Origin: Paragordius varius
Lineage: Eukaryota; Animalia; Nematomorpha
NCBI GenBank assembly: GCA_964247055.1
Contig: OZ176053.1
Coordinates: forward strand, 1,674,001-1,738,000
DNA length: 64,000 bases
Direction: 5' to 3'
Each line of letters opens with the position of its first letter. Position 1 is the first letter of the stretch. Made by a program: the position numbers and the translations under genes. Positions 24,460-39,121 of this stretch are shown piece after piece. The notes under the pieces were generated by a model. That model was given only the letters and a program-made list of their open reading frames with translations. It was not told the origin of the DNA and made no database searches.

Positions 24460-26040
24460 TAAAGTCATTAATATTATTATCTCTCTGAAAAAGAAAATTA
24501 ATTTTATATAATTTTTAACAGATTATAACTACCTTTATTTAAGTGTAAAATCTACTAATAAAATTGCTTGTTATTCTACTCAGCACATTTTTTATTGTTC
24601 TTTTTACGCAATTCGATTGAATTCTACTAATTTTAACTCTAAATTCGTTGAAAATACATCATTACCTTTATACGTAAAAACTCTTTGATATGAACCTTAT
24701 AATATCTCTAATTTACATTGTTATCTTAATTTAGGGGATATTTCTATACAAATATAATATTATTACGTATATTTGCTGTAGGCATATAATACGATAATCA
24801 TTTTAAGAAGTATAATATTAATTACGGGTTGCTCACCAACACACAAAACCCTTCACGGGCCACATTTTTTGACTTAAAAAAACCGGCGGATTGAATACGA
24901 TATATAATCATTTTTAAATATCTTATTAGATATCGAACGTAAAACTAAAAAAATCTAAAAGGATAAATTAAGTATTTTTTTTAAAGACTTATTCAAGTCG
25001 AGTAAATCTGTTTTACTAAGTCAGTCAATCTTAATTAGCATATGCAGGTAAAAAAAGCTGTCTTAAATATAATCCATGTCAATATTTTTTGTAGCAATGA
25101 GCCTTTCTGGCTTTATATTACATTTATCACATGCCTTAAGTTTTGTTAGATAAATTAAATTTTTTTTGAGAAACCAATTCAGATTGTTCTTAACTTTCAC
25201 AAGACTGATTTAAACATATGATACAAAATGATATAAGTAATATGGTAAATAACACCAAATGGTTAAAACTAAATTTTTTACCCATAATTTTAACACTTTT
25301 TTTCCAATTTTTTGGACATTTTTTATACCTAACGCTGGTGTATATTCAAAGAAGAAAGCAAAAAGTTAATAGATTTGGATATGGCCACGTAAAACAAATA
25401 ATAAATTTGACTGATCAGGCTTGAAAAAAACCATATAGAACTGCAAGTTAGGTGGTTCATCCTCTATCCACTAGTTAAATGTATACAAGTGCGTGGACTC
25501 TGTTTAAAACTAAATTAAAATGGCGTGTCAAAGTTTATATATTCCTTATAGTAGCACAACGATCGTGTAGGAAGTTCTTATTTGTTAATAATAGCAATAT
25601 TTATTTTTTCTGAGATTAAGCACTCTGTTATTAATTTATATATTACTTATGCTAATATCACTTGTATTTGTTGTATATTATATCATTAAGTTTCTGATTC
25701 TGCTTAATATATCCATCCACACCAAACTATCCTACTTTGGTCACATTATGAGATGTAACTCATTGGAAAAATCCTTGATTTGGGTAATGTTAGTACATAC
25801 AAAAGGGCGGGAGAATAATAAGGTAAATGGACAATATTTTAAAAGAAAGCAATGCAACCTTGGCAGAACTCAACATTAATATTAAAAATAGAAATCTATG
25901 AAGAATTTTTATTTTCAATATTGCAAAGATCGACCTCAACTCTAGCCTTACATCCATCCATCCATTTACATAATTTATTATAAAGCGCAAGGTAAATATT
26001 TTGGGTTTTATGTATTGTTTATCTTGAATTATACGAATTT
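24460..26040 (-). pseudogene. Orphan LRR 5' flank with the coding sequence deleted
   Basis: Begins aagtcattaat (remnant of the start codon context) and continues as the L5-type upstream variant (compare 37375-38870), including an RTE remnant at about 25720-25965. No LRR or sulfotransferase exons on either side. Confidence 0.75.
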
Positions 26041-26110
26041 ATGCACCATCCCATTTGTATTATTGTAAAAAATTTAACTGGAAAAACTTTTTTGTTTATA
26101 GGAAAAAAAA

Positions 26111-28201
26111 TTATTTTTCTTGATCTAAACCGAAATCTCCACTATTTCCTGAAGAGGAAGATTCTGGATTTGGTGATCTGATTTCGCTAGCATTCAAATT
26201 CAATTCATGATTTTCATAGCCCCATATTATCGAATTACATATGGCAGGATTCATATTTTGTAAATTTATTGTTTCACCATTGTATGCACAAGTACCAATT
26301 AGAGTTAGGCCAGTTTTAAGGCTTATATCACATAAAACATGGGAACAACTTAAAGGGTTGCCTAAAAAACAACAAAAAATACAGTAAACATGAGATTATA
26401 CAGACAAAACGTAAAAAGGAAGACAGATGTTTTTTTCAAAAAAAGAAAATTATATATTTCAAATATTAATTTTTTTATATTGCGCCACATCATTTTGGGT
26501 GCCAAATAAGGGATAGACCAAATTATTCAAAATTCAAAATTGTAATTAAATAGTTTATGCATTTAAACAAGGTTTAAAAAGTATTGTTGTCTATTTTAAA
26601 GAAAATATCTTCTTAAAATTTTTCCGTTTTGTTCGTATAATTTCAATTTTTACTGTATATTTTTAAAAAATATTTTTTGTTTGAAAATATGATATGTGTA
26701 ATTTGGAATTGCATATAAAAAACAGACCTGTCAAATCTATTTCCACACTGGGAACAGCGGTATGCGCAATAACTGTTGTAATATTATTATTACTTAAATC
26801 TATGGTTTGGATATTTTTCAGTTTTGTAAAATCATTCAAATCTAAATAATTTATCGCATTTCCGGCGAGCCGAATTATTTGCAATGATGTACTTAGGCCT
26901 AAAGAAGATATATTACGAATCCGGTTGTAATCCAAATTAATTTCTTTTATCTGGTTTAAATTGGAAACATCTAAAGTTACGAATTTATTTCTGGATAATT
27001 CTAAGACCTCCAAATTTTTAAGTGTAGGCAAAGTGGTTAAATTTATTTCTCGAATATGATTATTATTTAAATACAATGATTTTAATTTGGATAGTTTCTC
27101 AGTATTTTTAACTGGAGGTATATTAATGTACGTAATACTATTGGAATCCAAATTTACGGTTTCTAAATTTTTACAATCGCTTATTTCGTCTATGAAATTA
27201 TGGTTTTTATCGCTTCCAATCATATTTCTTTCAAGGCTCAAATGTTTTAAATTTTTACTCTTTAAATTACAAATATTTTTCGGGAAGGAAAGAAGCATGT
27301 TATCGTCAAACGACAGGGATTCAATCTTAGGTGGGAGAAAGTTCAAATTTTTGATTTTTTGAAGATTAGTTCCAATACATAAGTCAGTTAGTTGGCTAAA
27401 GGCTTGAAGGAATACATAGGACTCGTCGATATCCACAATTTTCGGAGATAGAAAATGCAAACTCTCCAGGTTTGTGCATTCTATTTTTTTTAACTCCCTC
27501 AGCTCAAGCAAACTCAATAGTATGAGTTGTTTAAGAGCTTTATTTTTTAATACACCACGAGTTTGGCTAAGGAATGGCATCTTAAAGTTCAAAAAACTTA
27601 ACTGATTTAATGCATTAAACTTGCTCCAATCCAATCGGCGTATGCGATCCAAATCTAACCAAAGTGATTTTATGGGTAAATTTTTGATTTGATTAACAAT
27701 CGCATAGACCATCGTTTCATTAACTTTAGCATTCAAATCGTAATCTGTAATTTCCAAGTGGTTTAAATAGCTTAATCTGCCAAACAAATTAGTGTTTTTG
27801 GCTAAATCAATCCATCTAACTTGAATTAGGGAGAGAGCGCTTATTCTGACCATATCATTCACCTGGATATTCTCAAAAGATAGCTTTGTAAATTTAGACT
27901 CAATGATAATTAGAGAAATATTGAGGATAGACTGAATACCCTCTCCGCCAGTATAATTGGCAAAAATACTTTCAAGGTTTGAAAAATCAATATCGTCCAA
28001 ACCATTACATTTAACTGAAGTTTTGATAGCCAAAGGATTAGCTATGGGTTCTTTGAATGGTTCACACATGCATTTGGGAATAAAATTATGTAAGGTAAAA
28101 CATAATTTCTCTATTCCGCCATCTTTTAAAGCTGAAGTTGTAGCCGCCAAGCATAAGGAGCACAAAACTCCAATAATAATACAGATATATCTTGAAGTCA
28201 T
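26111..28201 (-). CDS. Secreted LRR protein, copy L4 (intact, about 574 aa)
   Basis: Exon 1 is 28201-26728 and exon 2 is 26361-26111. Open spliced frame ending ...GLDQEK*. Confidence 0.88.
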
Positions 28202-29499
28202 TATTAATTTAAAAAAAAATAATTTTATCTCTCCGAAAAAGAAAAAAAAATTTATATAATTTTTTATACCTTTATTTAAATGTTAAATCTGCTAATAAAA
28301 TTGTTTGTTATTATACTCAGCATATTTTTTATTGCTATTTTTTACGCTATTCGATTGAATTCTACGAATTTTAACTCTAAAATCGTAAGAAATACATTCA
28401 TTACCTTTATACGTAAAAACTCGTTGATATGAACCTTATATTATCTTCGAATTACATTGTTATCTTAATTTAGGGGATATTTTTATACAAATATAATATA
28501 ATTTACTTATATTTGCTGTTGGTAATACAGTATGCATTTTAATGTTTGCTTATTTCAAACTATAGTAAGGGCAATTTGCAACATACTAGTGTATGGAAAA
28601 AACAGCAAAATATTGAATAAACAATTATTTCCTTTCTTTCCAATATGATCATTTTTAAATATTTTATTAGATTTTAAACATAAAACTAAAAAAAATCTAA
28701 AATAATATATAAAGTATTTATTTTAGAGACTTCTTTAGCAAGTCTAGGGAATTTGTTTGACTAAGATCAATCTAAATTAGCATTAGATAAAAAATGTTAT
28801 CTTTTATATATAATACTTGTTAATTTTTTTTGTAATAATGAGCCTTTCTTTCTCTATATTACATGTTATCTTTTAAATCATAGTGTGAAACGAGTTGAAT
28901 TCAGTGGCTTAAGTTTTGTTAGAAAAATTAGAATTTTTTAGAGAAACCAAGTCAGATTGTTTTTACTTTGTTAATATGACACTGATATAAACATACGATA
29001 CAAAATGATATATGAGCATATGGTAAATAACAAATGGTTAAAATGAAATTTTTTACCTAAGATTTTGACACTCTTTTTTCCATTTAGGATTATACCACCT
29101 AACGCTGGTGTATATTCAAAGAAGAAAGCAAAATTTTAATAGATTTGGATACGGCCACGCGAAACTAAACAGCCGAATAATTAATTTAAGATTAGGCTTA
29201 AAAAAAACCCTAGAAAATAGAAGTTAAGTGGTTCATTTATCCACTAGTTAAATGTAAACAGGTGCGCAGGCTTTGTTTAAAACTAAATTAAAATGGCGTG
29301 TTCCAAGTTCTATCTAATGAATATTTCTTATATTAGCATAACCTTGTAGGAAATTTTTATTTTTTTAAAATAGCAATATTTATTTTTTCTGAGATTGTGC
29401 ACTCAGTTATTAATTTATATATTACTTATGCCAATATCACTTGGTCCTTTTTGTATATTATATCATAGAGTTTCTGTTTCTGCTTAATATATGCATCCA

Positions 29500-29740
29500 C
29501 ACCAAACTATCCTACTTTGGCCACATTATGAGATCTAATCATTGGAAAAGTCTATTTGGGTAATGTTAGCTCACACACAAAAGGGCGGGAGAATAATGAG
29601 GTGGATGGACAATATTCTAAAAGAAAGCAATGCAACCTTGGCAGAACTCAACATTAAAACTAAAAATAGCAATCTATGAAGAAGTTTTATTTACAGTATT
29701 GCAAAGATCGACCTCAAATGTAGCGCTACATCCAATCCAT
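29500..29740 (+). mobile_element. RTE-clade LINE 3' remnant
   Basis: Same YFGHIMR-containing block as at 19190 and 25720. Further copies at about 38637-38870, 49051-49285 and 61892-62115. Confidence 0.65.
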
Positions 29741-30535
29741 TTACATAATTTATTATAAAGCGCAAGATAATATTGGATTTTATTGTTTATTTTTTATCTT
29801 GAATTATACGAATTTGTACCCTTCATCAAGGATGGGAGCCATTGTTTATGCAAAAACACTTGGCTTTTTAAAACCGTTTCGCACCTATAAACGGTTTTAT
29901 TGTGTTTTAAATTTTTATCGTACATATTTTTAAATCAGAAAAAGTAGCATACAATACTTTATTGGTTATATTTTAGCTAAATAATCATATATAAAACTAT
30001 AAAAAAAGTTTGAACTGGAAAAATTTCTTATGTATAGAATCAAACCATTTTATAAAGAAATTAGCAGATCTTTACTATAAAAAAATATTTAAAATCAACC
30101 GTTAATAAATCTTATTTATACAAGTAATAGTTTTAACTGGTCTGGTTTTATGAAAATTGTGCAATTCTTCCCCTTGTATGCTCATGCACCAAAGCATATA
30201 TTACCAAATAAATTTCAAATATTTTTAACAGAAATAATAATTTATATCAAGCTGCGATAATTTTAACATGAAATAGCGAACGCATGTTCAATTTATCAAA
30301 TTTATGGCAAAGATAATTTTTTAAAGTTATTAATATTATTACAAATCGATATTTTGTGTGTTTTATTATTTAAAATGTATTCCACAGCTGTTTGGATATT
30401 TTACATTTGTTCCTCTTATATTATGACATTTGCCTCCCACTCTTATGGATAGCCTACTGAATGACGGCATTTTTAAATTTTTATAGATGAAAATTAACTC
30501 ATTAATAATTAAAATCTATTCATTGTAAAAAGAGA

Positions 30536-32351
30536 TCATTTATTATATTGTAGATATTGTAATACGTTGTCACATTTTTTGTTGATGTAAGAAATTTCCC
30601 TGGGCTTGAGCCTAATTTTCCAATCATGTAAATGTTCGGTGGGATTTTTACGATAAGTATTAAAACTTTCTTCAATCATTGCGTTGTGGGACCAAGTCGA
30701 TTTTATCAACCTTGGATTAGCGTTATAATTATTATTATATTGCTGATGACCATAAATAACCAATTTTGAATTTAAACTGTTTGATGGCAAATTCAAAAAT
30801 GTTAAAATTTTTGCCATAATAAGTGTATCTTGTGTCACCAAGTCTTCATATTTTACAAGTTTAATAATATTTTTATGCGATAATAACTTATACGTATTGA
30901 GATCATTGGACATGGTAGAACATAATTTCTTAACCATAGTCTGAAATGGATTTATAGTATTCCAATGTAATTTAATGCGGCTTGATATAATCGCTCTTGG
31001 GTCTCGAACCAGGAAGACATAAGAAAATTGAGTATCTCGAACTAATATGATATAATGTTTTGGGATAAATTAGATATTATCCTTTAAATAAATATTTTTT
31101 AATAAAAAAAGATTTTTTAAATATATGAGATTTGGCTTTTAGGGAAAGCTAAAACTAAAAAGGAGTTATATCTGTTTTTATAAAATTGAACAAAACTCAA
31201 AAATTTTGTAGAACCGCTTTAAGCCTAAAAAGACGATTTCGAACCGTTTTCAAAACTGGTACCGCGGTCATAATCATTGAGCATACATTAGATTTTTTTC
31301 GAAATATTAGCAGACAATAATGATTTATGCCTTAAATATTAATATTTTAAATATTTTGTAGCATCACACTCCAGGATATGTGTAAATTATAAATATTTCA
31401 ACCAAAATTAGTACCATATAACGAAAAACCATGGAATTAGGACCAATTTATCCCCGCAAAGTATTAAAAGTCAGAACAAATTGCCGCAGAAATATTTTAT
31501 GACTAAATCGAACCGGAACTGAAAACTAAAATATTCACCTCCCTATATACTGTTTGACATTAAAAATCCAGACTTTTAAAAGTTACCGTGTAGGACTAGT
31601 TGTTTCGGAATTTACTTAAATTCACCCTTAATTAATTGAAGGTCAACAATGCGGAAAAAAATAACTAATCGGTAAATTAGGGTCAGGAATAGTGTTGATC
31701 GAAGAATTTAATTTTTATGCTCGGAAGGTTTATTATTTTCTAACCTGGTTTTTTATTGATATGTTGGGATATCCTATTATAAAATTTTTACCAGCATGTG
31801 TTATAATAAATGTGACTTTTTTATTACTTTTGCCATAACTTTTTTTAATTTATAAAATAAAGTACATAAATAAGGCTAATTAAATTAAACTTTCAGAAGA
31901 TATTGAGAGGTAGGTTGATAGAGGTCCGCGGACAAACTTAAATATTTTTGTCGGGTATTTGAGACACAGTTGTTGAAAAGTGTATTTTGTCATGAGGGAA
32001 AATTTGTCCCTTGTCAAACAATGCGGATTGGTACAATTTAAGTAATTTTGTATGGTACGACTTCGAGGTAAGATAAAGTATTTGTAATTTAGGGCAAAAT
32101 TAAGCCATCTTATGTCAGATAAGTAATTGATGTCACATTGAATAAGGGCTTGCATGAGTCCTATTATAAGTGTTTGTAAATGGGCTTTTAGGTAGGCAGC
32201 ATCGATGTTCCCATCTATTTTATTGTGGTAAAAATTGGTTGGTTCATGAATGTATATACTATCTAAGTAAGTGTCCAACTTTTTAGCCAGAAGTGTTGTA
32301 CCTCCGCGCAATATCCATATATTATGATGGCGTTTTTTCTCTTCGATGTTT
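30536..32351 (-). pseudogene. Sulfotransferase copy S2 (probable pseudogene)
   Basis: Exon A (32351-31891) is 461 nt against 462 in S4, with a 1-nt deletion at the Met of YMRGGTT. Exon B (31035-30536) is open (LVRDPRAIISSR, KYEDL). The upstream putative first-exon region is deleted (about 1.1 kb missing at about 32600). Confidence 0.8.
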
Positions 32352-32651
32352 CTAAGAAAAACATAAAATAAATTATGGGCGTTAAATACAGAAAAACATT
32401 TCTAAATTATGATTTAAACAAACTTATTTGCGCGTATATATATTAATAATAATTGATCAATTGTTTAATATAAATATATATATTAAATTTTCCTGAAAAA
32501 TACTCTTTTAATGAGACTTTCTAGGACGTCGCAAAATGACAAAAGCAAGAATTTTGGCTAAAACAAATTGTCATAATTAGAGGAGCAAAAATTTAATGGC
32601 AGTGATCTTTAATTTTTTTTTGTTTTATAACGTAAAGTAAGGAATGTCAAG

Positions 32652-33041
32652 CAGTGGCGTACCGAACATTTGCGGCGCCCGGGGCATAAAAGTTTTATGG
32701 CGCCCCTCCCCCTTTTTTTAAAAGCCAATAAAACAATTTTGTAAAAAAAATATAAACGTTGTAACCTAAACACCATAGATAAGACAACACAGTCATATAA
32801 ATTTTAAATCTATTAAATATATATATTTTCATGATACTAAATTTATTCAATGGTACTAATTAGGTGAATAATAGAGTATATATTATAGGGATTATAACCT
32901 AAATTTCTGAAAAATCTCATTTGAAAATTCTTATTATTTTTGCATAATTAAAATTTAATTTTAAAAACTTATTTAGGCGCCCCTAAATGACGGCGCCCGG
33001 GGCATGATGCACCCTCTTGCCCCCCCCTCGGTACGCCCCTG
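32652..33041. mobile_element. hAT-type MITE (family 2)
   Basis: TIRs CAGTGGCGTACCG / CGGTACGCCCCTG and perfect 8-bp TSD ATGTCAAG. Empty site at about 43432-43445 (atgtcaagtactttt). Confidence 0.9.
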
Positions 33042-34254
33042 ATGTCAAGTACTTTTGAATAAAATTTTTCTTATATTTCAAATAAGAGTTTTATAGCGCA
33101 ATACTTAAAATGGTTTCAATACATCGCATAATTTATAAAATATTATTTCAACTGACCTAGGGTCGCTAACATTTGTATTGAAGACTTTTTATGAGTCTCA
33201 CTGTAACAAAACTAATCAATCATAACAAAAATTTAATTAAATTTTTTATATTCAGCACCCCTTAACTGGCACTTTGCGCGTGTATAAACCGCCTCCGCTT
33301 ACCCTACTTTCCAATCTAGTTTTATATTTGTCTAAACCAGCCTGATATTACCAGCCAAAATTTGTTTGGTATTGAACCAGGATATAAAAGAATATATATT
33401 ACTATTTTTTGGTGCGACATTATTTTTTAAAATTATTTATACATTGCAAATTCGTTATTAACGCTTCATGACTTTTGATTTTTTTGCCCCAATATAAATA
33501 TTGGATAGTTTATATGCCAGAGTTGAAATCTAATAAACTATTTTGAAAAAATTTAGCTAAAACTTAATTATCAAAAATTATTATCATGTATTAGATAAAA
33601 AAAGGATATAGTTTTTTCACAGTTTTGTGACTTCTAGAGTCTAAAATTCGGATCTTTGAAAAACAATTATAACGGCCGATTTTAAAATCAAAATATATTA
33701 AGTTTGCTCGTAAAATATAGCTTGAAAACTTTTTAAAGTTAATTATTAAAATTTTCCCATCATAATACACGTTATTAGCGATTTAAGAAATTTATAGATA
33801 AGGGCGGCAAAAAGTTTGAGATTTTCTTGGTCATGCTCATGCCCCTTTGGAATAAAGACTTTACAATAAAAGTCGAAAATTAAAATTTATATTTTTATCA
33901 TATACGCATTTTAGCTTTAAATAAATTTCATAATATATAATGCGTAATTCTCTCAATTTTGCTACGAAATGTATTACTCAAACTATTTGTAACGATATGA
34001 ATGTGTGGATTTCTTTTGTCTTGAGGTTGAACTCAAAAACTATTGTTATGTTGATACCAGGCGCATAAAATATTGTAATTATTGATCATAATTAATTTTT
34101 TATACTATTTACCAAAAGAAACGAGAATGCTTACGTGTATAATTTAACAAATTACTAGGTAAATATTGTAATTTCGATTTTTGAAACCATATAATTATTA
34201 TTTGATTAAAACATAAATGTCGAAAAATTATTTGTCCATTTTGTGCATTATAAA

Positions 34255-34527
34255 CAGAGGCGTAGCTTGCATTTCTGGCCCCCGCTGCATGAATTCCGTG
34301 ATGCGCCCCCTCCCCTTCCATTAATCCCTTGCATTTCAAAAAAATAATCAGATTCAAACTGTGGACATGACCGCTTATAAATGGGGGTGATTTTTTTATG
34401 TATTATTTAAAATTATAACTTTTAAAAACCTATTTTTTGAAAAAAAATTAAAATTTTTCAATCCCACGCCTCTTCAACTATGGCGGCCGGTGCAGCCCCC
34501 CTTTCCTCCCCCCTAGCTACGCCTCTC
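34255..34527. mobile_element. hAT-type MITE (family 1), copy b
   Basis: Same TIRs and same host site as 10831. Confidence 0.75.
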
Positions 34528-35285
34528 ATTAAAATTACTATAAAATAGATCTTGCTGCCACAAAAATCAAATGTTATGAGATATTATTGGTCATATCGGT
34601 TTTTATTTGGTTAAAATGATTATAAATCCACGTGTTCCTTTACATTTTTTTTATTAGTAACAATAATTGTTAAAGTACAAAAATTATAGTAATGCCTGAT
34701 TTCGTTTGCATTGAAATAGTGTAAACAGTAATAGAAAAGATAGACAATTTCAAATTCTAATTCCTAATAAATGTGTTGTCTTATATCTATGCAAACAAAT
34801 TCAGGATGACTGTATAAATATACAACTATTCAAATTTAAAATCTCAATGCTAACACACTGAGGAATTAGAATCCCTTTAACCAATTAAAATGCCATGCGA
34901 CCAATAATAAATTCCGTTAATAACATTAAAGTATGGGTAAATATACATTGCTAATATTTGTTTTGTTCCCAGATAGCACTTACCGGAAAGAGTTATGATT
35001 GGGTTAAGTGGCGCATAAAATATATTTTTTAGCCAAAAATTGATTTTTTCTGTAAATGGCATCCGGCAAATTTACTAGCAATGAATTGTACTCTCTACTG
35101 TAGTTTTAACTTTTTAACACTAAATGCGATCCTTGTTAATTAGAAACTATGAGTACAATTAGTTAACACCTTGTTTTTGCATTTATTTAGCAGCCATATA
35201 TATATAAATCTAATTCCAACACCATCCCATTTGTATTATTGTAAAAAATTTAACTGGAAAACTTTATGGTTTATAGGAAAAAAAA

Positions 35286-37381
35286 TTATTTTTCTTCATC
35301 TAAACCGAAATCTCCACTATTTCCTGAAGAGGAAGATTCTGGATTTGGTGATCTGGTTTCGCTAGCATTCAATTTCAATTCATGATTTTCATAGCCCCAT
35401 ATTATTGAATTACATATGGCAGCATTCATTTTTTGTAAATTTATCGTTTCACCATTGTATGCACAAGTACCAATCAGAGTTAGACCAGTTTTAAGGCTTA
35501 TATCACATAAAACATGGGAACAACTTAAAGGGTTTCCTAAAATAACAACAAAAAATACACTAAACATGAAATTATATAGTCATAACATAATAAGGAAGAC
35601 AGATGTTTTTTTTAAAAAAGACAATTATATATTTTAAATATTTATTTTTTAATAAATAGCCTTATCATTTAAGTTGCTAAATAAAGGATAGACTAAAATA
35701 TACAAAATTTAAAATTGTAATTAAATAGTTTATGCAGTTAAACAAGGTTTAAAAAGTATCGTTGTCTATTTTAAAGAAAATATCTCCTCAAAATTTTTAC
35801 GTTTTGTTTGTATAATTTTAATTTTTACTGTATATTTTAAATATAAATTTTGCTTTGAACAAAATGAGATGTGTTATTTGGGCATCGCATATAAAAAATA
35901 TCAAATAGAGACCTGTTAAATCTATTTCTACACTGGGAATAGCGGTAGGCGCAAAAACTCTTGTAATATTATTATTACTTAAATCTATGGTTTGGATATT
36001 TTTCAGTATTTCAAAATCATTTAAATCTAAATAATTTATCGAATTTCCAGAGAGCCGAATTATTTGCAATGATGGACTTAGTCGTAAAGAAGATATATTA
36101 CGAATCTGGTTGTAATTCAAATTAATTTCATTTATCTGGTTCAAATTGGAAACATCTAAAGTTACCAACTTATTTCTGGATAATTCTAAGATCTCCAAAT
36201 TTTTAAGTGTAGGCAAAGTGGTTAAATTTATTTCTCCAATATGATTATTATTTAAATACAATGTTTTCAATTTGGATAGTGCATCAGCATTTTTAGCTAG
36301 AGTTGTGTTAATGTACGTAATACTATTGGAATCCAAATTTACGGTTTCTAAATTTTTGCAATCGCTTATTTCGCTATAAAGTTATCGTTTTTATCGCTTC
36401 CAATCATATTTCTTTCAAGGCTTAAATGTTTTAAATTTTTACTGTTTAAATTACAAATATTCTTCGGAAAGGAAATTAGCATGTTATCTTCAAACGACAG
36501 GGAATCAATCTTAGGTGGGAGAAAGTTCAAATTTTTGAATTTTTGAAGATTAGTTCCAATATACAAGTCAGTTAGTTGGCTAAAGGCTTGAGGGAATACA
36601 TAGGACTCGTCGATATCCACAATTTTCGAAGATAGAAAATGCAAACTCTCCAGGTTTGTGCATTCTATTTTTTTTAACTCCCTCAGCTCAAGCAAACTCA
36701 ATAGTATGAGTTGTTTAAGAGCTTTATTTTTTAATACACCACGAGTTTGGCTAAGGAATGGCATCTTAAAGTTCAAAAAACTTAACTGATTTAACGCATT
36801 AAACCTGGCCCAATCCAATCGATGTATGTGATCCAAATCTAACCAAAGTGATTTTATGGGTAAATTTTTGATTTGATTAACAATCGCATAGACCATCGTT
36901 TCATTAACTTTAGCATTCAAATCGTAATCTGTAATTTCCAGTGGTTTAAATAGCTTAATCTGCCAAACAAATTAGTGTTTTTCGCATCAATCCATCTAAC
37001 TTGAATTAGGGAGAGAGCGCTTATTCTGACCATATCATTCGCCTCGATATTCTCAAAAGATAGTTTTGTAAATTTAGACTCAATAATAATTAGAGAAATA
37101 TTAAGGATAGACTGATTACCGTCTCCGCCAGTATAATTGGCAAAAATACTTTCTAGGTTTGAAAAATCAATATCGTCCAAACCATTACATTTAACTGAAG
37201 TTTTGATAGCCAAAATGTTAGCTATGGGTTCTTTGAATGGTTCACACATGCATTTGGGAATAAAATTGTTCAAGGTAAAACATAATTTCTCTATCCCGCC
37301 ATCTTTTAAAGCTGTGCCTTGAGCCGTCAGGGATAAGGAGTACAAAACTCCAATAATAATACAGATATATCTTGAAGTCAT
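35286..37381 (-). pseudogene. LRR copy L5, two frameshifts
   Basis: Exon 1 (37381-35913) has 1-nt deletions at about 36941 and 36372. Exon 2 (35536-35286) is intact. Confidence 0.82.
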
Positions 37382-39121
37382 TATTAATTTGAAAAAAAAT
37401 TATATCTCTCCGAAAACGAAAATTAATTTTATATAATTTTTATCGACTGATTTTATATTACCTTTATTTAAGTGTTAAATCTGCTAATAAAATTGTTTGT
37501 TATTATACTCAGCATATTTTTTATTGCTATTTTTTACGCAATTCGATTGAATTCTACGAATTTTAACTCTAAAATCGTAAGAAATACATTCATTACCTTT
37601 ATACGTAAAAACTCGTTGATATGAACCTTATATTATCTTCGAATTACATTGTTATCTTAGTTTAGGGGATATTTTTGTACAAATATAATATTATTACGTA
37701 TATTTGCTGTAGGCATATAATATGATAATCATTTTAAGGCACACAAGTATAATATTAATCACGGGTTGCCCACCAACACACAAAAAGCTTCACGGGCCAC
37801 ATTTTTGACTCAAAAAAATCGGCGGATTGAATACGATATATGATCATTTTTAAATATCTTATTAGATCTCGAACGTAAAACTAAAAAAATCTAAAACGAT
37901 GAATCAAGTATTTTTTTAAGACTTATTAAAGTCGAATGTTTTACTAGGTTATTCAATCTTAGTAAGCATATGCAGATCAATTTTTTTGTAGCGAGCCTTT
38001 CTTTCTCTATATTACATATTGTCTTTTAAATCAGAGTGTTAAACCAATCCATATTTATCACATGCCTTAAGTTTTGTTAGATAAATTAAATTTTTTCGAG
38101 AAACTAAGTCAGATTTTTTTTAACTTTGTTAATATGAGACTGATTTAAACAGACGATAAATGATATACGTAGAACGTATAGTAAATAATAACAAATGGTC
38201 AAAATTAATTTTTTAACAATATATTTTTCAATATTTAGGACGTGTATAATTAAAGAAGAAAGCAAAAATTTAATAGATTTGGATACCTGACAACAAAACA
38301 GCCGAATATTTAATTTGGACTGATCAGGCTAAAAATCTATATAGAATTCTAAGTTAGGTGGTTCATCATCTATCTACTAGTTAAATGTATACAGGTGCGC
38401 ATCCGACTTTGTTTGCTAAATTAAATCGGCTTTTTCAAAGTTCTATCTGCTAATGAATTATTCATTATATTGGCATGACCGTGTAGGAAATTCTTATTTA
38501 TAAAAAATAGCAATATTTATTTTTTTTGAAAGTACACTGTTATAATTTATATATTACATATACAAATATCACTTGGTGTATTATTTGTTGTATATTATAT
38601 TATTAAGTTTCTATTTCTGCTTAATATGTGCATCCACACCAAACTATCCTAATTTGGTCACATTATGACATCTAACTCATTTGAAAAGTCCTTGATTTGG
38701 AAAATGTTAGTACACACAAAAGGGTGTGAGAATAATAAGGTGGATGGACAATATTCTAAAAGAAGGCAATGCAACCTTGGCAGAACTCAACATTATAACT
38801 AAAAATAGCCATCTATGAAGAAGTTTTATTTACAATATTGCAAAGATCGACCACATCTGTAGCACTACATATTTACATAATTTAAAATCTTATTTATAGA
38901 AAGTATTATAGTTTTCAATAAATTGTCTGGTAAAGGTAAGAAAATTGTATAATTTTTCCCCTGGTATGCATGCATACACCAAAGCATATATTAACAAATA
39001 AATTTCATACAATTTTTTAGCAGAAATAATAATTTATATCGAGGTGCGATAATTTTAACATGAAATACCGAAGGCATGTACAATTTATCAAAATTATGGC
39101 GATGATTATTTTTTAAAGTTA

